NCBI GenBank assembly: GCA_964016885.1
Contig: OZ024744.1
Location: forward strand, 126,232,001 to 126,296,000
Direction of reading: 5' to 3'
Source of the DNA: Eledone cirrhosa
Taxonomy: Eukaryota
Length of the DNA stretch: 64,000 nucleotides
The notes beneath the pieces were generated by a model, which was given only the letters and a program-made list of their open reading frames with translations, ran no database searches and was not told the DNA's origin. This document shows, piece after piece, positions 42,257 to 57,400 of this stretch (the first letter of the stretch is position 1; each line of letters begins with the position of its first letter). A program made the position numbers and the translations under genes.

Positions 42257-43768
42257 TATTATTTGTTTTATTATAATCAAAATATGCTGTTAGTTAGATC
42301 TGCATTGTGTACATTTTATATAATTTATGCCAGTTCCTTTTCTACATATCGAACATGGCCATTTCCCTGACGGAATAGAGTTTTGTCCTCTTTTCTACTC
42401 ATCAACACTCATTCGTGACACAAAGTACAGCCAGCGGCATCATTGCGGACAGACTTAATCCTGATTTGCACTGACACACTGCCTCGCAATACGGAACACC
42501 GCACGTCTTTGATCTTCTTCCCGTCGATCAGCCTCCTTGCCATGCAAAGTACACCTGACGTCTAGCTTCTCTCTTAGCGGCGGCGGCTGTATATTCTTCT
42601 CTACTCCCACTAATTTTCCAAGCATTCCATGCTAGTCTTTAGTCTCCAATGGCCCGATCTACAGTTTCTGTCTCAACTCGTCTATGCTTGGTCGTTCCCG
42701 CACATTGACATTGCACATCCAACGGAGCATGCTTGCTTCATTTCTCTCCAGCCGTCGCATGTCCTCTGCAGTTGCTGCCCGTGTCTCACTACCATGCAGC
42801 ATCGCGCATCTAAACCTGGCCCTTACCCTAACCCCAACCTCTTTGGTTTTCGTTTTCTCGACGGCTAGCCGCATTTCGTGATCCGCCTTTCGATTGCGCT
42901 TCCGTCGCGGCAAAAGAATTGCCTTTCCAGACCGCCGTCGCCCGACCGGACCCATGATAGAAGACGTTCGTTACCGTTGGAGCAACGCAAATTACTCCTC
43001 GGTTGACGCCAAAAACGAACGCCTTCCCGCCTCGCGCCGCCTTCTCCTCGCCGACCCTCGGCCTCGACGATTAGCCACTTTCCGTCACAGCAGTAGATAC
43101 GCGTCCGTCGTAATAGCCGTCATTTTAACGCAGGAGAAACGCCTAATTGCCCTGCACCGCGTTTGACGGCGATCTACGACGGCGACGATGCGCGCACTCT
43201 TCCTTGCTGCGACGAAGGTTTCGGCTTTTCGTCGTGGACCCGGTCAGGTCATGCCGCTGACCTCGCGTTACGGCGACGCGAGAAGACGTTCGTTACCGCT
43301 GGAGCAACGCAAATTACTCCTCGGTTGACGCCAAAAACGAACGCCTCGCGCCGCCGCTTCCTCCTCGGCCTCGACGATTAGCCGCTTTCCGTCACAGCAG
43401 TAGATACGCGTCCATCGTAATAGCCGTCATTTTAACGCAGGAGAAACGCCTTGACGACGATATACGACGGGTCGACGACGCGCGCACTCTTTCTGCTGCG
43501 ACGAAGGTTTTGGCTTTTCGTTGTGGACCCGGTCGGGTCATGCCTCTGACCTCGCGTTGCGTCGCCACCGCCGCGGCGGGCTTGGGTTTAGCCGTAGCTA
43601 CCCTCGTTTTGCCAACGGCGACGCGAGAAGACGTTCGTTACCGCTGGAGCAACGCAAATTACTCCTCGGATGAGGCCAAAAACGAACGCTGAAGAGATAT
43701 TGTCCATGGATATCGGGAATTTTACCCGCCCTAGATAGATAGATAGATAGGGATGTATGTATGTATGT

Positions 43769-43810
<42 letters not shown>

Positions 43811-44189
43811 GTATGTATCTTTCTCATTCTCTCTGTATGTATGTATGTATGTATATATATATAATTATATATTTATAGACATCCTGAAAGCTTTTTAAAT
43901 GTCTGAGAGATTGGCTAAATATGTTTTGCAGGTATGACCAGTAAGAGAGAGGTAAGTTATTTCAAAACAATTCTTTGACCATTATTTTAAGGTACTATCT
44001 CAGTGTATTTTTAAATTGACCTCTTGATAGGATGAAATGACCTGTATAATTTTTTTCATATTTAGATGGAATAGAAGAAAAACAAGAAAAATGAAATGAA
44101 TTCAAACAGAAAATATACACCAATGCCAATGGAGGTATGATTTCAGTTTAATCTTAACCTAATGACCACTTTACAGAGTGTACTGGATA

Positions 44190-44258
<69 letters not shown>

Positions 44259-47200
44259 ATCCAGGAAGCTCCAACCGTTAAGGTTGTCTTTCCATTTATT
44301 AATATATTGTGTATTTACTCCACTAAACTGTTGAGTGCTTTATATCAGTTATAAAAAAATTTCAGCTTGTTGAATCCCAAAATAGTTGTTGAAACAGCCA
44401 CAGCTCAGCCGTCGGGGTCCTGAATATTTATCATATATATATACGTATGAGTGTGTGTGTTTTGAGAATTAATAATTATATAAACAAGTTTGTAATGAAC
44501 AATTTATTTCTTATCAAAACTGTATAAACATGATATTATTTACAGTAAGAATAACAATAATAATGATGGTTTCTAGTAAAGGTGGAAGGCCAGTAATTTG
44601 GGGGAGGGGAAAGTTGATTAAATCGAAGAGAGAAAGAAAGAAAAAACAGAACGGGAAGGAGAGGGGATGGCAAGAGGTCCGGTGTCGCAGGAGAGAGGGG
44701 AGGGTGGTTGAGCTTTGAGTCTAGGGCAAGAGGGCAGAAATGCTGCGCCCCACGGATAAGACGGCAAAAATATTCTCGCGGACGATGGCCAGAGATACCC
44801 AATGCAACAACCACCCAACCTCGCGGTGTTCCCTCCTCAGATGGGCTGCTGACTCTCCGATCTTTTGGAGGAGCTCGGCAGTACAAGGTCCAAGTACTCC
44901 TGGGGTCTCGACGTTGACTGGTGCAGAGAGGAAGTGGCCGGACAATCCTCGGTATTTGTTTATTTTACGTTCTTCTGCGAGGTGGGCTGCGATGCCGGGG
45001 TTTGTGACCGAAACGACTTGGAAACGAAGTTGTAGGCGGAGATTGTGTCGTAGCTGGTGGTGTCCCAGATGAGGGACCTACGTCCTTCGAATGGGAAGAG
45101 AGTGATTCCGTCGGGGCGCTTGCCATCTCCGGGACCTGTTGGCCCCAGTTGTGATGGGAAGCCAGCTGCGTCCAGGCTTCTTCTCAATATGTCGTTGACA
45201 ACGACGTGTATCTATTCAATAATTATTTGAATATTGAAATTTTAGGTTTAACTACCTTTTAAACCAAATACATTAAGAAAGGCATGACCAACACCACATC
45301 ATTTTTATTTCTATTTTGAAAGTAGGTTTATAAGTATTAAATTTCAGTAGATTCTTATATCCTTCATGGTGGTCTGGTGGGAGATACGAGAGATGGTGGA
45401 GGTTCTGGTCTGGGGTTCAATCCTGCTCAGGAGATACTCTAAGGGGGTTCATACTAAACTTCTTCAGTGTTTCTTATCTCTAGAGACAAATATATATACA
45501 TAAGGTAATCTGGTAAAGTTGTTAGAACATCACATAGAATTCTTTGTAGTATTTTTTCCAGTTCTTCAATCTGAGTTCAACTTTACTTTTCTTCCATTCG
45601 GGGTTGATAATAACGTACCAGTCAAATACTAGGGGTTAATTCTTCCTCTATATCTCTTTCTCACTCTCTGTCTGTTTTATTAAGACCTGGAGAGGTGATG
45701 TACTCTACCAGGTTTTATAATGAGTGATGGGGTCATACCTGCCTGCTACACCTCTGTGTACTAAGTGTAGCATATTATATCCTTGTTCAGGGCCTTCCTG
45801 ACATTACTGTGTACTAAGGGTAGCATTTTATATCCTTGTTCAGGGCCATCTTAACATTGCTGTGTACTAAGTGTAGCATATTATATCCTTGTTCGGGGCC
45901 TTCCTGACATTAGTGTGTACTGAGTGTAGATTTTAACATCCTTGTTCTGGGCCTTCCTAACATTACTGTGTACTGAGTGTAGATTTTAACATCTTTGTTC
46001 AGAGCCTTCCTTACATTACTGTGTACTAAGTGTAGCATTTCATATACTTGTTCTGGGCCTTCCTAACGTTACTGTGGAAATAGTAGTTTATATCCAATAT
46101 GTAATATAGATATGGATTCTACAGGACTAAAACTCATTAATATGAGGGGTATTAGTAGATTATATGCCATATTTAATAGAGAAATGGCTTCTACAAGACT
46201 AAAACTCATTAATATGAGGGGTATTACAGTTTATATGCCATATTTAATACAGAAATGGCTTCTAAAGGACTAGAACTCTTTAAATTGAATAAAATAGTAG
46301 TATATATCCTATGTTTAATACAGAAATGCCTTCTAAAGGACTCATTAATATGAGGGTATTAGTAGATTATATAACATATTTAATACAGAAATGGCTTTTA
46401 AATTCAGGGACTCGTTAATTTGATGGAAATAGTAGTGTCTATGCAATATTTAATACAGAAATAGCTTCTACAGGACTAAAACTAATTAATATGAGGGGTA
46501 TTAGTAGTATATGTGCCATATTTAATACAGAGATGGCTTCTAAATGGAGGTATCTCATTAATTCGATTGAAATGGTAGTGTATATGCAATATTTAATACA
46601 GAAATAGCTTCTACAAGAATAAAACTCATTAATATGAAGGTTATTATTACATTATATGCCATATTTAATACAGAAATCGGTTCTAAAGGACTAGAACTCT
46701 TTAATTCAAATCAAATAGTAGTATAAAGCAATATTTACTACAGAAATGGCTTCTACAAGACTAAAAATCCTTAATATGAGGGGTATTGTTAGATTATATA
46801 CCATATTTAATACAGAAATGGCTTCTAAATGAAGAAATCTCTTTAATTCGATAGTAATAGTAATAATAATAATAGTAATAGTAATAATACAGCCAATTTT
46901 CCACGCAATACTTTTAGTTAGCACCCCGAACGCATAATTGGGAATATAATCACTTATTTCCTAATGTTTGTTGAGTGAGTTGGGAAAAAAAACTTGGGAA
47001 ATATATTTTCAGGGTCTCAAAATCTTAAAGAGAAAAAAAAGTCCTGTGGAAGGTAGCAAAACAATTAGGAAGAAAATGGTTTGAAGTTGGTTGGTGAGTA
47101 TAAGATTACAGTATCTTGTTGATTTCTATAAAGTTTACTTTTAACTGAATTGGTAAAAATGGATAAATTAGAAGACACAATATAATAACTAATATTGTCT

Positions 47201-47510
47201 TCTAAAACAGGGAATAAAAATATGTTGGTGTATTGGGGGGGGGGGGGGGGGTAAACATGTGAGTTAATGGGAATGTTTTTGTTTGTTTTTATTGAAACAT
47301 ATTCAATCTACAGATAGGTTGTTATAGTTATTTAGTCTCGGGTCTGCCATTATCTGCAGATTTATAATTGAGGGGTGTTCCAGGTGTGACCACCCTACAT
47401 TATTCCTAGAGATTGTTACTCCTTCATTCTTCAGTCATCTTGGTCTTCTTATGAGATGGTGGTGTAGTCTTATTTATTGTTAAGGTTATGGTCTTCCTTT
47501 GTCCACACTC

Positions 47511-47548
<38 letters not shown>

Positions 47549-49107
47549 AAAGGCTTCCTTCTCTGGAAAAAGATGATTTAATATTCACAACCATCTGTCT
47601 AATTGTTTTCTGATGAGAATAAAGTTAATCTTGCTTGTATGTCTACCTGATCAAATGACTGGCTGATATCTTGAAGTCATTTACACCACAGAACTGTAGG
47701 AGTCTTGATCCCTCAAGCCATACCTCTAGCCATCATGTACTCCAAAAGAGTCTCACCTTGGTGCTACTCAACATGTCCATTAAATTTAGCAGCAAGGATG
47801 CCCTCTTCTTAGTGAGAGACAACTACAAGAGAGGTTCTTAGAGAAGAATAAGCCACTATAGTTAACTTTTGTTGACATAGAGAACCCCGATCTGTCATCT
47901 GGTGGTCCTTAAGGAAACTAGGTGTAGGGGAATGGCTTGTGAGGACAGTGCAAGCTATGTACAAGGGTGCTGTCAGTAAAGTGAGAGGAGGAATTCCAGA
48001 AACAAAGTAGGTGTACATCAGGGTTCGGTCCTCAGTCCGCTCTTGTTCATTATAGTCCTCCCTCCCTCCCTCCCTCCCTCCCTCCCTCCAAGCCATAACA
48101 GAGGAGGAGTAGTTTAAGACTGGATGCCCATGGGAACTTCTCTATGCTGACGATCTGGTTCTTATAGCAGAATCAGTAGAGGAGCTAGCTAGAGAATAAA
48201 TTCTGGCTATGGAAACAGCAGTAGTTGGAATCAAGAAGACTGAGAGTGAACCTAGCTAAGACAAAAGTGTTTATAAGTAGAAGAGAGGACAAAACTCTGA
48301 TTCTGTCAGGGAAATGGCCATGTTCGATATGTAGGAAAGGAGTTGGCATAAATTCTATGAAATGTAGTACGCAATGCAGATCTTGGCTACACAAGAGATG
48401 TAGTGGGATAGCAGGAAAACTGACTGACAGGTAGGGAGAAATACGTATGCAGTAGATGTACAGGGAAATTTGACAGAGATTGCAGTGATAGACACATTTT
48501 TCAAATGCAGGTGGGATCTATAGAGGGAGTTGATAGCTTCTGATACCTAGGTGATCAGATTAGTAAGGGAGGAGGGTGATATAAAATATATTGTTATCAT
48601 GACTGTCTTTATTATTTAAATTACCTCTGTCTATTTACAGATTTTACAGAGTGTACTGGGTGCTTTTATGATGGGAGCAGCAACTCTATACGATTTTACA
48701 GAGTGTACTTGGTGCTTTTATCATGGCACATGGCAGCAGCAGAAGCAGCAACTACGATTTTACAGAGTGTACTTGGTGCTTTTTACTCTGACATCAGCAC
48801 TGAGGAAGTTGTCATATTTTCAGCTAAATTAATGAGTAGAAAAACCAAGTTTCTGCTACAAAAAATTCTCAGATTCAAGGGAGACATTCAGTTTAAGTAT
48901 GGTATACTGTCACTAAGGCAGCAAATTGGCAGAGTCGCTAGAATATCAGATAGCATTCTTTACATTATTTGTTTCAGCTCTCTGTTCTCTCAATTCAAAT
49001 CCTGCTCAGGTCAACTTTGCCTTTCATCCATACAAAATAGATTAATAAAAGTACCAGTGTATTACTGGGGTCAATTCTTCTTCTAACTCTTCTGCACTTC
49101 CATTCTC

Positions 49108-49190
<83 letters not shown>

Positions 49191-49752
49191 GCTTCTTTAG
49201 AACACATCTGCTGTATTCAGACCTGGAGCGGAGATGGGCTCCACCAAGTTTTAAAAATTGCCCTTTAAGCGCTGTATGTCAATATGGTGCCCCTATGATT
49301 CCCTCCCTCAGGAGTTATGGGACCATAGATACTGTCAATTGTAAAGAATAACAGAGATATTCAGTGCTAGTGTGGTGTTCTGTCAGTTGTGGAGATTGAT
49401 GAATCTAAACAGAAATATCAACAGCACTTTTCATTTCTGAGTAACACATTTGTTACCAAGTGCTGCATGGCTGGAATGAAAATCAGTGCTGTGAAAACCA
49501 AGACATTCATCCTCTCAAGGAAGCTTGTGCAGTGCACTCTACATGTAAATGGAGTCCCACTGAAGCAGGTAGAAAAGTTCATGTATCTCGAAGCTGTGTT
49601 CACGAGTGATGACAGAGACGGCAAAGGCACAACACACAACAGAAGAAAAGAACAATGACAATTATTATTATTATTATTATTATTATTATTTGTTTTATTA
49701 GTTTTATTATAATAAAAATTGTGCTGTTAGTTTGCTTGCTATACCATCATGT

Positions 49753-49840
49753 ACCCTAACCCTAAACCTAACCCCAACTCCAACTCTGACCCTAAACCTA
49801 ACCCCAACCCCAACCCTAACCCTAACCCTAACCCTAACCC
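49753..49840 (-). repeat. Interstitial telomeric repeat (copy 2)
   Basis: Same tract as 12231-12318. Confidence 0.85.
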
Positions 49841-50935
49841 ACGATAGAAGACGTTCGTTACCGCTGGAGCAACGCAAATTACTCCTCGGTTGACGCCAAA
49901 AACGAACGCCTTCTCGACGGCTAGCCGCATTTCGTGATCCGCCTTTCGATTGCGCTTCCGTCGCGGAAAAAGAATTGCATTTATAGGCCGCCGCCGCCCG
50001 ACCGGACCCACGATAGAAGACGTTCGTTACCGCTGGAGCAACGCAAATTACTCCTCGGTTGACGCCAAAAACGAACGCCTTCTCGACGGCTAGCCGCATT
50101 TCGTGATCCGCCTTTCGATTGCGCTTCCGTCGCGGAAAAAGAATTGCCTTTATAGGCCGCCGCCGCCGCCCGACCGGACCCACGATAGAAGACGTTCGTT
50201 ACCGCTGGAGCAACGCAAATTACTCCTCGGTTGACGCCAAAAACGAACGCCTTCTCGACGGCTAGCCGCATTTCGTGATCCGCCTTTCGATTGCGCTTCC
50301 GTCGCGGAAAAAGAATTGCCTTTATAGGCCGCCGCCGCCCGACCGGACCCACGATAGAAGACGTTCGTTACCGCTGGAGCAACGCAAATTACTCCTCGGT
50401 TGACGCCAAAAACGAACGCCTTCTCGACGGCTAGCCGCATTTCGTGATCCGCCTTTCGATTGCGCTTCCGTCGCGGAAAAAGAATTGCCTTTATAGGCCG
50501 CCGCCGCCGCCCGACCGGACCCACGATAGAAGACGTTCGTTACCGCTGGAGCAACGCAAATTACTCCTCGGTTGACGCCAAAAACGAACGCCTTCTCGAC
50601 GGCTAGCCGCATTTCGTGATCCGCCTTTCGATTGCGCTTCCGTCGCGGAAAAAGAATTGCCTTTATAGGCCGCCGCCGCCCGACCGGACCCACGATAGAA
50701 GACGTTCGTTACCGCTGGAGCAACGCAAATTACTCCTCGGTTGACGCCAAAAACGAACGCCTTCTCGACGGCTAGCCGCATTTCGTGATCCGCCTTTCGA
50801 TTGCGCTTCCGTCGCGGAAAAAGAATTGCCTTTATAGGCCGCCGCCGCCGCCCGACCGGACCCACGATAGAAGACGTTCGTTACCGCTGGAGCAACGCAA
50901 ATTACTCCTCGGTTGACGCCAAAAACGAACGCCTT
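49838..50935 (+). repeat. 169/172-bp tandem repeat (6 full units plus a partial)
   Basis: ORF-track spacing 50011, 50183, 50352, 50524, 50693, 50865 shows alternating 172/169 units. Confidence 0.9.
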
Positions 50936-51293
50936 CCGGTTCGGGCGACGTAAAAGTCTGTAGCCTTTTCGCCGATCCTCGACGATTATCCGCCTTCCGA
51001 ACAACCGCCTTTCCGCCGTCACAGCAGTAGGTACTCGTCCGTCGTAATAGCCGTCATTTTAATGCAGGAGAAACGCCTAAATGCACTGCGATTGACGACG
51101 ATCTACGACGCGCTTACTCTTCCTTGCTGCGACGAAGGTTTCGTTCGGCTTTTCGTCGTGGACCCGGTCAGGTCATGCCGCTGATCTCGCGTTGCGTCGT
51201 TACCGCTGGAGCAACGCAAATTACTCCTCGTTTAACGCCAACATCGAACGCGCTTCGGTTCTCGGTCGTCGTTGTTTTGTTTCGTGCGGAAGA

Positions 51294-51479
51294 TACCTGG
51301 GTGATCCTGCCAGTAGTCATATGCTTGTCTCAAAGCTTAAGCCATGCAAGTGGAAGTTCATGCCGTAAACGAAAATGGTGAAACCGCGAATGGCTCAGGA
51401 ACCGGATCTAATCCTCGGGACCGTATTCCTCACCGCGAGGAGAGGATAACTGTGGCAATTCTAGAGCTAATACATGCAA
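51294..51479 (+). pseudogene. 18S: 18S rRNA 5'-end fragment (copy 2)
   Basis: Same motifs as 13597-13782. Confidence 0.93.
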
Positions 51480-51483
51480 TTGA

Positions 51484-54400
51484 GATCGGAGAGGGAGCGA
51501 TCCGTCTGCTTGATTCCGATAACGAACGAGACATTCGTATCCGAAAGAACGTTTGTCTGGAAACTGGTGCAGTCAGTGAGTCGAAAAAAAAATATCTCGG
51601 TGGTAGTAGCAAATATTCGAACGAGACATTCGTATGCGAAAGAACGTTTGTCGGTGGTAGTAGCAAATATTCGAACGAGACATTCGTATGCGAAAGAACG
51701 TTTGTCTGGAAGTGGCGATCCATGCCCGGTGGATAGTTGGTTCCGGGTTTTACTATGATTGTTGCAAAACAGAAACTTAAAGAGATTGACAGAATTTGCG
51801 ATTACGGAGAGGGGGCGATCCGTCTGCTTGATTCCGATAACGAACGAGACATTCGTATCCGAAAGAACGTTTGTCTGGAAACTGGTGAGTCAGTGAGTCG
51901 AAAAAAAAATATCTCGGTGGTAGTGGCAAATATTCGAACGAGACATTCGTATGCGAAAGAACGTTTGTCGGTGGTAGTAGCAAATATTCGAACGAGACAT
52001 TCGTATGCGAAAGAACGTTTGTCTGGAAGTGGCGATCCATGCCCGGTGGATAGTTGGTTCCGGGTTTTACTATGATTGTTGCAAAACAGAAACTTAAAGG
52101 GATTGACAGAATTTGCGATTACGGAGAGGGGGCGATCCGTCTGCTTGATTCCGATAACGAACGAGACATTCGTATCCGAAAGAACGTTTGTCTGGAAACT
52201 GGTGAGTCAGTGAGTCGAAAAAAAAATATCTCGGTGGTAGTAGCAAATATTCGAACGAGACATTCGTATGCGAAAGAACGTTTGTCTGGAAGTGGCGATC
52301 CATGCTCGGTGGATAGTTGGTTCCGGGTTTTACTATGATTGTTGCAAAACAGAAACTTAAAGGGATTGACAGAATTTGCGATTCCGGAGAGGGGGCGATC
52401 CGTCTGCTTGATTCCGATAACGAACGAGACATTCGTATCCGAAAGAACGTTTGTCTGGAAACTGGTGAGTCAGTGAGTCGAAAAAAAAATATCTCGGTGG
52501 TAGTAGCAAATATTCGTATGCGAAAGAAAAGATCTCGGTGGTAGTAGCAAATATTCGAACGAGACATTCGTAGGCGAAAGAAAAATATCTCGGTGGTAGT
52601 AGCAAATATTCGAACGAGACATTCGTATTCGAAAGAACGTTTGTCTGGAAGTTGCGATCCATGCCCGGTGGATAGTTGGTTCCGGGCTTTACTATGATTG
52701 TTGCAAAACAGAAACTTAAAGGGATTGACAGAATTTGCGATTCCGGAGAGGGGGCGATCCGTCTGCTTGATTTCGATAACGAACGAGACATTCGTATCCG
52801 AAAGAACGTTTGTCTGGAAACTGGTGAGTCAGTGAGTCGAAGAAAAAAATATCTCGGTGGTAGTAGCAAATATTCGAACGAGACATTCGTATGCGAAAGA
52901 ACGTTTGTCGGTGGTAGTAGCAAATATTCGAACGAGACATTCGTATGCGAAAGAACGTTTGTCGGTGGTAGTAGCAAATATTCGAACGAGACATTCGTAT
53001 GCGAAAGAACGTTTGTCTGGAAGTGGCGATCCATGCCCGGTGGATAGTTGGTTCCGGGTTTTACTATGATTGTTGCAAAACAGAAACTTAAAGGGATTGA
53101 CAGAATTTGCGATTCCAGAGAGAGGGCGATCCGTCTGCTTGATTCCGATAACGAACGAGACATTCGTATCCGAAAGAACGTTTGTCTGGAAACTGGTGAG
53201 TCAGTGAGTCGAAAAAAAAATATCTCGGTGGTAGTAGCAAATATTCGAACGAGACATTCGTATGCGAAAGAACGTTTGTCTGGAAGTGGCGATCCATGCT
53301 CGGTGGATAGTTGGTTCCGGGTTTTACTATGATTGTTGCAAAACAGAAACTTAAAGGGATTGACAGAATTTGCGATTCCGGAGAGGGGGCGATCCGTCTG
53401 CTTGATTCCGATAACGAACGAGACATTCGTATCCGAAAGAACGTTTGTCTGGAAACTGGTGAGTCAGTGAGTCGAAAAAAAAATATCTCGGTGGTAGTAG
53501 CAAATATTCGTATGCGAAAGAAAAGATCTCGGTGGTAGTAGCAAATATTCGAACGAGACATTCGTAGGCGAAAGAAAAATATCTCGGTGGTAGTAGCAAA
53601 TATTCGAACGAGACATTCGTATTCGAAAGAACGTTTGTCTGGAAGTTGCGATCCATGCCCGGTGGATAGTTGGTTCCGGGCTTTACTATGATTGTTGCAA
53701 AACAGAAACTTAAAGGGATTGACAGAATTTGCGATTCCGGAGAGGGGGCGATCCGTCTGCTTGATTTCGATAACGAACGAGACATTCGTATCCGAAAGAA
53801 CGTTTGTCTGGAAACTGGTGAGTCAGTGAGTCGAAAAAAAAAATATCTCGGTGGTAGTAGCAAATATTCGAACGAGACATTCGTATGCGAAAGAACGTTT
53901 GTCGGTGGTAGTAGCAAATATTCGAACGAGACATTCGTATGCGAAAGAACGTTTGTCGGTGGTAGGAGCAAATATTCGAACGAGACATTCGTATGCGAAA
54001 GAACGTTTGTCTGGAAGTGGCGATCCATGCCCGGTGGATAGTTGGTTCCGGGTTTTACTATGATTGTTGCAAAACAGAAACTTAAAGGGATTGACAGAAT
54101 TTGCGATTCCAGAGAGAGGGCGATCCGTCTGCTTGATTCCGATAACGAACGAGACATTCGTATCCGAAAGAACGTTTGTCTGGAAACTGGTGAGTCAGTG
54201 AGTCGAAAAAAAAATATCTCGGTGGTAGTAGCAAATATTCGAACGAGACATTCGTATGCGAAAGAACGTTTGTCGGTGGTAGTAGCAAATATTCGAACGA
54301 GACATTCGTATGCGAAAGAACGTTTGTCTGGAAGTGGCGATCCATGCCCGGTGGATAGTTGGTTCCGGGTTTTACTATGATTGTTGCAAAACAGAAACTT

Positions 54401-57400
54401 AAAGGGATTGACAGAATTTGCGATTCCGGAGAGAGGGCGATCCGTCTGCTTGATTCCGATAACGAACGAGACATTCGTATCCGAAAGAACGTTTGTCTGG
54501 AAACTGGTGAGTCAGTGAGTCGAAAAAAAAATATCTCGGTGGTAGTAGCAAATATTCGAACGAGACATTCGTATGCGAAAGAAAAATATCTCGGTGGTAG
54601 TAGCAAATATTCGAACGAGACATTCGTATTCGAAAGAACGTTTGTCGGTGGTAGTAGCAAATATTCGAACGAGACATTCGTATGCGAAAGAACGTTTGTC
54701 TGGAAGTGGCGATCCATGCCCGGTGGATAGTTGGTTCCGGGTTTTACTATGATTGTTGCAAAACAGAAACTTAAAGGGATTGACAGAATTTGCGATTCCG
54801 GAGAGAGGGCGATCCGTCTGCTTGATTCCGATAACGAACGAGACATTCGTATCCGAAAGAACGTTTGTCTGGAAACTGGTGAGTCAGTGAGTCGAAAAAA
54901 AAATATCTCGGTGGTAGTAGCAAATATTCGTATGCGAAAGAAAAGATCTCGGTGGTAGTAGCAAATATTCGAACGAGACATTCGTAGGCGAAAGAAAAAT
55001 ATCTCGGTGGTAGTAGCAAATATTCGAACGAGACATTCGTATGCGAAAGAACGTTTGTCGGTGGTAGTAGCAAATATTCGAACGAGACATTCGTATGCGA
55101 AAGAACGTTTGTCGGTGGTAGTAGCAAATATTCGAACGAGACATTCGTATGCGAAAGAACGTTTGTCTGGAAGTGGCGATCCATGCCCGGTGGATAGTTG
55201 GTTCCGGGTTTTACTATGATTGTTGCAAAACAAAAACTTAAAGGGATTGACAGAATTTGCGATTCCGGAGAGAGGGCGATCCGTCTGCTTGATTCCGATA
55301 ACGAACGAGACATTCGTATCCGAAAGAACGTTTGTCTGGAAACTGGTGAGTCAGTGAGTCGAAAAAAAAATATCTCGGTGGTAGTAGCAAATATTCGAAC
55401 GAGACATTCGTATGCGAAAGAACGTTTGTCTGGAAGTGGCGATCCATGCCCGGTGGATAGTTGGTTCCGGGTTTTACTATGATTGTTGCAAAACAGAAAC
55501 TTAAAGAGATTGACAGAATTTGCGATTACGGAGAGGGGGCGATCCGTCTGCTTGATTCCGATAACGAACGAGACATTCGTATCCGAAAGAACGTTTGTCT
55601 GGAAACTGGTGAGTCAGTGAGTCGAAAAAAAAATATCTCGGTGGTAGTGGCAAATATTCGAACGAGACATTCGTATGCGAAAGAACGTTTGTCGGTGGTA
55701 GTAGCAAATATTCGAACGAGACATTCGTATGCGAAAGAACGTTTGTCTGGAAGTGGCGATCCATGCCCGGTGGATAGTTGGTTCCGGGTTTTACTATGAT
55801 TGTTGCAAAACAGAAACTTAAAGGGATTGACAGAATTTGCGATTACGGAGAGGGGGCGATCCGTCTGCTTGATTCCGATAACGAACGAGACATTCGTATC
55901 CGAAAGAACGTTTGTCTGGAAACTGGTGAGTCAGTGAGTCGAAAAAAAAATATCTCGGTGGTAGTAGCAAATATTCGAACGAGACATTCGTATGCGAAAG
56001 AACGTTTGTCTGGAAGTGGCGATCCATGCTCGGTGGATAGTTGGTTCCGGGTTTTACTATGATTGTTGCAAAACAGAAACTTAAAGGGATTGACAGAATT
56101 TGCGATTCCGGAGAGGGGGCGATCCGTCTGCTTGATTCCGATAACGAACGAGACATTCGTATCCGAAAGAACGTTTGTCTGGAAACTGGTGAGTCAGTGA
56201 GTCGAAAAAAAAATATCTCGGTGGTAGTAGCAAATATTCGTATGCGAAAGAAAAGATCTCGGTGGTAGTAGCAAATATTCGAACGAGACATTCGTAGGCG
56301 AAAGAAAAATATCTCGGTGGTAGTAGCAAATATTCGAACGAGACATTCGTATTCGAAAGAACGTTTGTCTGGAAGTTGCGATCCATGCCCGGTGGATAGT
56401 TGGTTCCGGGCTTTACTATGATTGTTGCAAAACAGAAACTTAAAGGGATTGACAGAATTTGCGATTCCGGAGAGGGGGCGATCCGTCTGCTTGATTTCGA
56501 TAACGAACGAGACATTCGTATCCGAAAGAACGTTTGTCTGGAAACTGGTGAGTCAGTGAGTCGAAGAAAAAAATATCTCGGTGGTAGTAGCAAATATTCG
56601 AACGAGACATTCGTATGCGAAAGAACGTTTGTCGGTGGTAGTAGCAAATATTCGAACGAGACATTCGTATGCGAAAGAACGTTTGTCGGTGGTAGTAGCA
56701 AATATTCGAACGAGACATTCGTATGCGAAAGAACGTTTGTCTGGAAGTGGCGATCCATGCCCGGTGGATAGTTGGTTCCGGGTTTTACTATGATTGTTGC
56801 AAAACAGAAACTTAAAGGGATTGACAGAATTTGCGATTCCAGAGAGAGGGCGATCCGTCTGCTTGATTCCGATAACGAACGAGACATTCGTATCCGAAAG
56901 AACGTTTGTCTGGAAACTGGTGAGTCAGTGAGTCGAAAAAAAAATATCTCGGTGGTAGTAGCAAATATTCGAACGAGACATTCGTATGCGAAAGAACGTT
57001 TGTCTGGAAGTGGCGATCCATGCTCGGTGGATAGTTGGTTCCGGGTTTTACTATGATTGTTGCAAAACAGAAACTTAAAGGGATTGACAGAATTTGCGAT
57101 TCCGGAGAGGGGGCGATCCGTCTGCTTGATTCCGATAACGAACGAGACATTCGTATCCGAAAGAACGTTTGTCTGGAAACTGGTGAGTCAGTGAGTCGAA
57201 AAAAAAATATCTCGGTGGTAGTAGCAAATATTCGTATGCGAAAGAAAAGATCTCGGTGGTAGTAGCAAATATTCGAACGAGACATTCGTAGGCGAAAGAA
57301 AAATATCTCGGTGGTAGTAGCAAATATTCGAACGAGACATTCGTATTCGAAAGAACGTTTGTCTGGAAGTTGCGATCCATGCCCGGTGGATAGTTGGTTC

